Shown here piece after piece: positions 58,657 through 64,000 of a DNA stretch of 64,000 bases; within the stretch, counting starts at the first letter, position 1; each line of letters starts with the position of its first letter. Position numbers and translations under genes: made by a program. The notes under the pieces are model-generated. The model searched no databases. It was not told where the DNA came from and was given only the letters and a program-made list of their open reading frames with translations. Source of the stretch: Dehalococcoidia bacterium (GTDB lineage Bacteria > Chloroflexota > Dehalococcoidia > Lucifugimonadales > DAOUAM01); assembly GCA_034433305.1 (NCBI GenBank), contig DAOUAM010000052.1:2210-66209 (forward strand). Reading direction: 5' to 3'.

Positions 58657-59914
58657 TGAGGGACTGTAGCACCTCGCGGGCCTTCTCCAATTGCATGACG
58701 TCGGCGTCCCTGGGGTCCCTGGCGGTGACCAGCACGTCCGGGGTGATGCCCTGGCCCTCGATGAGCCTGCCCTCGGGGGTGTACCAGCGGGCGTAGGTTA
58801 TGTAGAGGCCGCCGCCGTTACTCAGGGGCCGCAGGATGTTGACGCTGCCCTTGCCGAAGGTGGTGGCGCCAATCACGGTGGCGCGCTCATAGTCCTGGAG
58901 CGCCCCCACCAGCACCTCGCTGGCGCTGGCGCTGAACTCGTTGACCAGCACCACCATGGGCAGGTCGCGGGCCACGCTCGCGCCCTCCACCTGGCGCACG
59001 CTCCAGTTGGTGCGCCGGCCGCTGCCGTCCACCTCATAGACCACCAGGCCGTCTTTCAGGAACAGGCTGGCTACCTCCACCACGGAGTTGAGCAGCCCTC
59101 CCGGGTTGTCGCGCACGTCCAGTATGATCCCCTGGGCGCCGGAGTCCACGGCCTGCTTGATGGTCTCGGCCAGCTTCTGGGGCGTGTCGGCGTAGAAGCT
59201 GGTCAGGCGAATGTGGGCCAGCTTCTCGCCCGGGTCGCTCCTCAGCCGGACGCTGACCAGGGGTATCACGCCGCGCTGGACCTCCACCAGCACCGGGTCC
59301 ACGCTGCCCAGGTGCTGAATGAGCAGCCTGACGCTGGTGCCGCGCGGGCCGCGGATCCTCTTTACCGCCTCCAGCAGGCTCACACCCTCCAGGCTCTCGC
59401 CGTTCACCTCCAGGATAACGTCGCCGGGCCTGATGCCGGCCGCCTCGGCGGGGCTGCCCGGTATGGGCGCCACCACTATCAGCTTGCCATCACGGCGGGT
59501 GGACACCTCGGCGCCGATGCCCTCAAACCGCCCCTGGAGGTCCTCGTTATCTATGGCGAAGGCCTCGGGGCCAAGGTAGGAGGTATGCGGGTCGTCCAGC
59601 GCCTCCAGCATGCCCTGAATGGCTGCCTCGGTGAAGACCTTGGGGTCCAGCTTGGAGCGGTCCACGTGGTCGCGGGTCAGGTAGGCCCAGGCCTCCCAGA
59701 TGGCCTTGAGTTCCTCGGGCACCTCGGAGGGGGCCTCCAGCGGCTGCTCAGGGGGCACCACCTGGGGCAGGCCACTGTCGGACGTGACGCTGGTCGGCGC
59801 CTGGGCAGGCGACGTCGGGGTCACGGCGGACGATGGGCTGCCCTGGCATGCCGCCAGCACTATGGCCACGGCCAGGGCCACGGGCGCGAACCGGTTTCTG
59901 AGACGGTCAATCAA
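58634..59914 (-). CDS. ctpA: S41 family C-terminal processing peptidase
   Basis: PDZ domain (GSPAEAAGIRPGDVILEVNG) and catalytic region (VVLVNEFSASASEVLVGALQD...GKGSV). Lipoprotein-like N-terminus (LAACQGS). Confidence 0.88.
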   Translation of the reverse strand: MIDRLRNRFAPVALAVAIVLAACQGSPSSAVTPTSPAQAPTSVTSDSGLPQVVPPEQPLEAPSEVPEELKAIWEAWAYLTRDHVDRSKLDPKVFTEAAIQGMLEALDDPHTSYLGPEAFAIDNEDLQGRFEGIGAEVSTRRDGKLIVVAPIPGSPAEAAGIRPGDVILEVNGESLEGVSLLEAVKRIRGPRGTSVRLLIQHLGSVDPVLVEVQRGVIPLVSVRLRSDPGEKLAHIRLTSFYADTPQKLAETIKQAVDSGAQGIILDVRDNPGGLLNSVVEVASLFLKDGLVVYEVDGSGRRTNWSVRQVEGASVARDLPMVVLVNEFSASASEVLVGALQDYERATVIGATTFGKGSVNILRPLSNGGGLYITYARWYTPEGRLIEGQGITPDVLVTARDPRDADVMQLEKAREVLQSLIDSRKAG

Positions 59915-60123
59915 AGGCTCACCCTGCCAGCAGTAAAAGTGTTCCTACTATTCTAGCACGTCGCGCGCCTGGCAAGGTTGGCAGGTGAGGGGCCAGGGGA
60001 CTGGCTCCCGGGGCAGCTTCGGGTTGACATAATTTTCAGCACCGACTTTTTTCTATGCTTTTCATGCAATGGAGTGAAGTGCCTTTTCAGCGCTATGAAA
60101 AATGAAAAAGTCTGATAAAGTCC

Positions 60124-60153
60124 TTGACAAAGGGGCCGGCCCCGGGGTATATT
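60124..60153 (+). promoter_or_regulatory. near-consensus sigma-70 promoter for the TIR-like gene
   Basis: TTGACA, an 18-nt spacer, then TATATT, 41 nt upstream of the ATG at 60194. It is preceded by an AT-rich TTTTCA/TGAAAA repeat region. Confidence 0.55.
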
Positions 60154-60193
60154 CCAGGCACACCGGCAGCGAGTGAATAGGGGGTCCTGAAAG

Positions 60194-61291
60194 ATGGCCG
60201 TTGAAATGGCGGATGGCCGCAGGCGGACGCGCATGGTGCGCCCGTACCCCATGCACAGCCTGGAGGACGCGCTGGCCATCGCCAGGGCGGTCCAGGAACG
60301 CAACGCCGGGCTTCCCTTTGACCGCATTCTGCTGGCCAAGGCGCTGGGCACCACGCCCACCAGCAGCGGCTTCACCATGAAGCTCAACTCCTCGGCCAAG
60401 TACGGCCTGACCCAGGGCGGCTACAACGACGCCCGCATTAGCCTGACGCCACGGGGCCAGGCCATCGTGGCTCCCAGGGACCAGGCCGAGCAGCGCCGGG
60501 CGCTGCTGGAGGCCGCCTTGCAGCCCGAAATCTTCGGCCAGTTCTACCGGGCGCTGGACGGCAAGCGCATCCCCGAGGACGAGTACGCCCAGGGCATGCT
60601 CCAGCGGGAGTTCGGCGTCCACCCGGAGCTGGTGGCCGAGTGCCTGGGCATCATCAAGGCTAACGGCCTCTTCGCCCGCATCCTGGAGGAGGTGGGCGGC
60701 TCGCTTTATGTCAACCTGAAGGCGGCCCAGGACGCGCTGGCCGACCAGCCGGCGCGTCCGGCGGCGGACGTGGCGGCGCCCGCGCTGCCCAGGTCCTCCA
60801 CGCCGGCGCCGGAGGCCGAGGCCGCGCCGGCTGCTGCTACCGGCATGGTCTTCGTCGGGCGCGGCGGCAGCCCGGAGGCCGTCCAGGTGGTGAAGCAGTT
60901 GCTGGAGGACTTCGGCATTCCGTACCTGGCGGCGGAAGACCCGGGTGAGGCCGCTGGCCTGGCGGTGCCTCCGCAGACCTCCGCCGCCATGCGCCAGTGC
61001 TGCGCGGCCATCCTGGTCTTTGCCAGGCCCGGGGCCTCGGGGGATGCCTCAGGGCTGCCGGCCACGGCCAGGATGCTGCTGGAGCTGGGCGCGGCCTCGG
61101 TGCTGTATGGCTCCAGGGTAGTGGTCTTGCGAGAGGCTGGCCTTGACCTGAGTGGGGCGGTGTCCGGGCTGCGCAGCGTGGAGTTCCAGGCCGACAGGCC
61201 GCAGGAGTCGGCGCTGGCGCTGCTGCGGGAGCTGCACCGTGCAGGCATCGTCCGGGTAGTTATGTCAACTGACGGCCCCTTCCTGAGTTGA
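60194..61291 (+). CDS. two-domain protein: unrecognised N-terminal domain plus a C-terminal TIR-like nucleotide-binding domain (Cap12/PycTIR-type)
   Basis: The C-terminal ~130 aa follow the TIR-like family pattern V-F-[IV]-x-x-G...(L/F)ExxG(I/L)...(hydrophobic)ILV(F/L)...xxxELG...G.xRVxxLxxxG(V/L)xLxSxxSGxxxxEF. The sequence here is MVFVGRGGSPEAVQVVKQLLEDFGIPYLAAED...AAILVFARPG...ARMLLELGAASVLYGSRVVVLREAGLDLSGAVSGLRSVEF. This assignment comes from my recollection of the family consensus, not from a search. Confidence 0.5.
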   Translation: MAVEMADGRRRTRMVRPYPMHSLEDALAIARAVQERNAGLPFDRILLAKALGTTPTSSGFTMKLNSSAKYGLTQGGYNDARISLTPRGQAIVAPRDQAEQRRALLEAALQPEIFGQFYRALDGKRIPEDEYAQGMLQREFGVHPELVAECLGIIKANGLFARILEEVGGSLYVNLKAAQDALADQPARPAADVAAPALPRSSTPAPEAEAAPAAATGMVFVGRGGSPEAVQVVKQLLEDFGIPYLAAEDPGEAAGLAVPPQTSAAMRQCCAAILVFARPGASGDASGLPATARMLLELGAASVLYGSRVVVLREAGLDLSGAVSGLRSVEFQADRPQESALALLRELHRAGIVRVVMSTDGPFLS

Positions 61292-61500
61292 CATAATGTC
61301 TATAGTGCGAACTTACCCCACCGGCCTGCACACCCCAACCCTATCTCATGTGCATCATGCGTCCAGAGAGGGCGAGGACCCTCCCTTCCCCCACAGGGGG
61401 TGGGGGCATGGGTCTTGCCAATGGAAGGGGCACTGGATACACCCTTTATAGAGATAGAGCAGGCCGACGCTTGGCCCTTGAATACCGTGGGTGCGGTCGG

Positions 61501-62616
61501 CTATTGCGGCCTGGCTTCTACGGGCGCAGGCTGGGCGGCCACCTCAGTCAGCAGCGCGTCAATCTCGGCCAGCAGCCGGTCCAGGCCCAGGCCGCGCAGC
61601 GCCGAGGCCAGCACGACACGGTGCCGTCCGGCGGCCCCAAGCTCGCGGAGCAACGCGCTCTCCTGGCCCTGGGCCTCAGGCTCCAGCAGGTCTATCTTGT
61701 TCAGCACCAGGATGCACGGCTTGGAGGCCAGCCCGAGTTGCGTCAGCACCTGCTCCACCACCTCGGCCTGCTCGGGGGCGTTGGGGTGCGTTATGTCCAG
61801 CACGTGGATGATGATGGTGGACTCCTCCATCTCCTCCAGCGTGGCCCTGAAGGCGGCCACCAGCGTTGGCGGCAGCTTCTGGATGAAGCCCACCGTGTCC
61901 GTCAGCAAGAGTTCCCGGCCCGAGGGCAGCTTGATGCGCCGCGTCACCGGGTCCAGGGTCGAGAAGGGCCTGTCCTCGGCCGGCACCCCGGCGTGAGTCA
62001 GGCTGTTCATGAGGGTGCTCTTGCCGGCGTTGGTGTAGCCCACCAGCGAGGCCACCGGCACCTGGTGCTCCCGGCGTTGCTCCCTGTACAGCCTGCGGTG
62101 GCGGCGCACGTCCTCCAGGCTCTTCTTCAGCCGCTGTATCCTGCCGCGTACCAGGCGGCGGTCCGTCTCTAGCTGGGTCTCGCCGGGGCCTCGGGTGCCG
62201 ATGCCGCCGCCCAGGCGCTCCAGGTGCGACCACTGGCCGGCCAGCCTGGGCAGCAGGTACTCATGCTGGGCCAGCTCCACCTGCAGGCGGCCCTCCCGAG
62301 TCTGGGCGCGCCGGGCGAAGACATCCAGGATCAGGGCCGTCCGGTCTATGACCTTGGCCCCCAGCAGCGCGTTCTCCAGGTTGCGCTGCTGCGTGGGCGT
62401 AAGCTCGTCGTCGCAGATAATGGTATCGAAGCGCCCCTGCTGGCGCAGGGCCCGCAACTCCTCCAGCTTGCCCTTGCCCACGTAGCTGTGGGACGGCGAG
62501 TCAAGCTGCTGCGATGTCTTGCCCACCACCTGGGCGCCGGCGCTGCGGGCCAGCTCGGCCAGCTCGCTCAGCGAGTCCTCCATGGTCCATGCCTCGGTGC
62601 GGCCCTTGATGCGCAC
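61501..62616 (-). CDS. hflX: GTPase HflX
   Basis: HflX N-domain ([36 protein letters not shown]) and G-domain ([23 protein letters not shown]). The annotated GTG start probably truncates the N-terminus (see findings). Confidence 0.88.
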   Translation of the reverse strand: MRIKGRTEAWTMEDSLSELAELARSAGAQVVGKTSQQLDSPSHSYVGKGKLEELRALRQQGRFDTIICDDELTPTQQRNLENALLGAKVIDRTALILDVFARRAQTREGRLQVELAQHEYLLPRLAGQWSHLERLGGGIGTRGPGETQLETDRRLVRGRIQRLKKSLEDVRRHRRLYREQRREHQVPVASLVGYTNAGKSTLMNSLTHAGVPAEDRPFSTLDPVTRRIKLPSGRELLLTDTVGFIQKLPPTLVAAFRATLEEMEESTIIIHVLDITHPNAPEQAEVVEQVLTQLGLASKPCILVLNKIDLLEPEAQGQESALLRELGAAGRHRVVLASALRGLGLDRLLAEIDALLTEVAAQPAPVEARPQ

Positions 62617-62698
62617 GCCTACCAGGTAGGCGCGCTCGGCCCTGGGCTGTGTGGAAACCAGGTTCTTGCCTATGCTCTCCGCTCCTTCCTCGCGTCAC

Positions 62699-63889
62699 TC
62701 AAGGCTTGCGCCTGGCCGTCCGAGGTGGCGGGACCTTAAAGGAGGCCAGCCGCTCCAGGCCCCGCCTCAGGTCCTGCTCGGAGATGGTCAGGGACAGCCT
62801 TATGTACCCTTCCCCATACTTACCATAGCCTGTTCCCGGGGTCACGACAATATCACGCTCCTCCAGGAGCATGGTGGTGAACTCGGCGGAGGTGTAGCCC
62901 TCGGGCACCCTGGCCCAGATGTACAGGCCCGCCCTGGGCGGGTCCACGTGCAGGCCGATGTCCCTGAGCACCTGCAGGACGCGGTCGCGCCGGCCCTGGT
63001 AGATGGCGTTGCGCCGGTCAATGACCTCCTGGGGCGTGTCCAGCGCCGCCATGCCCATGTACTGGATGGCGTTGGGGATGCCCGAGTCCAGGTTGGACTT
63101 GACCACCATCAGCGCCCTTATCATCTCCGCGTTGCCCACGGCCATGCCGATGCGCCAGCCGGTCATGTTGTAGCTCTTGGACAGCGAATGGAACTCCAGC
63201 CCCACCTCCATGGCGCCCGGCGTCTGGAGGAAGCTGACGGGCCTGTAGCCGTCGTAGGTCACCTCGGTGTAGCAGGCATCGTGCATCACGGCGATGTCGT
63301 ACCTTCTGGCGAAGTCCACCACCTTCCTGAAATAGTCCGGCCCGGCCACGGCGCCCGTGGGGTTGTTGGGGTAGTTCAGCCAAATCACCCTGGCCTTGCG
63401 GGCCACATCCTCGGGGATGGCGTCCAGGTCGGGCAGCCAGCCGTTCTCCTCCAGCAGGGGCATCCAGTGGCAGGTGCCGCCGGCGAACCAGGTGCCCACC
63501 GAGTACACCGGGTAGCCAGGGTCAGGCACCAGGGCCACGTCGCCGGGGTCTATGAAGCACAGCGCCGCGTGGCCGATGCCCTCCTTGGCGCCGATGAGGG
63601 GCAGCACCTCCCTGTCCGGGTGCAGGGAGATGCCGAAGCGGCGCTGGTACCAGCCGGCCACGGCCTTGCGGAACTCGGGCAGGCCATCAGTCTCCGGGTA
63701 GCGGTGGTTGGGAGGGTCCAGCGCCGCCTCCCGCAGCCGCGCGATGACCGGCTCGGGCGTCGGGATGTCCGGGTCGCCGATGCCAAAGCTGATGACCTGG
63801 ATGCCCTGTGCCCTCTTGGCCGCGATCTTGCGGCTGATCTCCACGAACAGGTATGGCGGCACCTTGTCTATACGGCTGGCGAGTCTCAT
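62699..63889 (-). CDS. dapL: LL-diaminopimelate aminotransferase (class I aminotransferase, DapL-type)
   Basis: KVPPYLFVEISRKIA...GIGDPDIPTP...LNYPNNPTGA...HSLSKSYNMTGWRIG. The start ATG at 63889 follows GGAGGCAAG. Confidence 0.7.
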   Translation of the reverse strand: MRLASRIDKVPPYLFVEISRKIAAKRAQGIQVISFGIGDPDIPTPEPVIARLREAALDPPNHRYPETDGLPEFRKAVAGWYQRRFGISLHPDREVLPLIGAKEGIGHAALCFIDPGDVALVPDPGYPVYSVGTWFAGGTCHWMPLLEENGWLPDLDAIPEDVARKARVIWLNYPNNPTGAVAGPDYFRKVVDFARRYDIAVMHDACYTEVTYDGYRPVSFLQTPGAMEVGLEFHSLSKSYNMTGWRIGMAVGNAEMIRALMVVKSNLDSGIPNAIQYMGMAALDTPQEVIDRRNAIYQGRRDRVLQVLRDIGLHVDPPRAGLYIWARVPEGYTSAEFTTMLLEERDIVVTPGTGYGKYGEGYIRLSLTISEQDLRRGLERLASFKVPPPRTARRKP

Positions 63890-64000
63890 CTTGCCTCCAC
63901 GGGAAGTAGCAAAGGCCCCTTTGGCCTGCACCGAGTTGTCCCCATATGTTAAGAAAAGCGGGGCAAAAGGTAAAGCGACGGAACGGGGGTGAGGCCCGGC

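Overview
This is a high-GC bacterial chromosomal segment. Gene content and synteny suggest a Chloroflexota-like or other Terrabacteria lineage, but that is only an inference. About 55 protein genes are tightly packed, and most belong to recognisable housekeeping families.

Gene order:
- The window opens inside a 23S rRNA (3' ~1.8 kb), followed by an initiator tRNA-fMet, twin terminators and hpf.
- Next come a DUF1800-DUF1501-NHL operon and arsC-acr3.
- A minus-strand block follows (tyrS, rpe). It holds a fragmented arginine cluster: argH ... argG, argD ... argB, argJ.
- After that: an orphan Mo-hydroxylase large subunit, usp, rtcA, rpoD and speB/speH.
- Then a GldA/F/G-like ABC system with a DUF4340 gene, and an FAD-oxidoreductase/pyruvyl-transferase pair.
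- Then recG-degV-yloV divergent from rpmB, followed by hemA and sir-cysH.
- Then redox genes, tRNA-Arg(TCT), smpB, ctpA, hflX and dapL.

Accessory or unusual items sit in visibly AT-richer patches:
1. A BrnT/BrnA toxin-antitoxin cassette lies between two 109-bp direct copies of the argG 3' end.
2. A DUF4258/DUF2283 TA-like pair has an extended antitoxin.
3. A four-helix-bundle gene is wedged between argD and argG.
4. A two-copy double-hairpin REP-like element is present.
5. A standalone protein has a C-terminal TIR-like (Cap12/PycTIR-type) domain behind a near-consensus promoter.
6. A bacterial Clp1-like polynucleotide kinase sits next to an 800-bp gene-free region and an excisionase-HTH/pseudo-receiver regulator.
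7. A terminator hairpin abuts the sir ribosome-binding site.

No CRISPR array, transposase, integrase or 5S rRNA was seen. All family assignments come from reading motifs in the translated ORFs. No database search was run.
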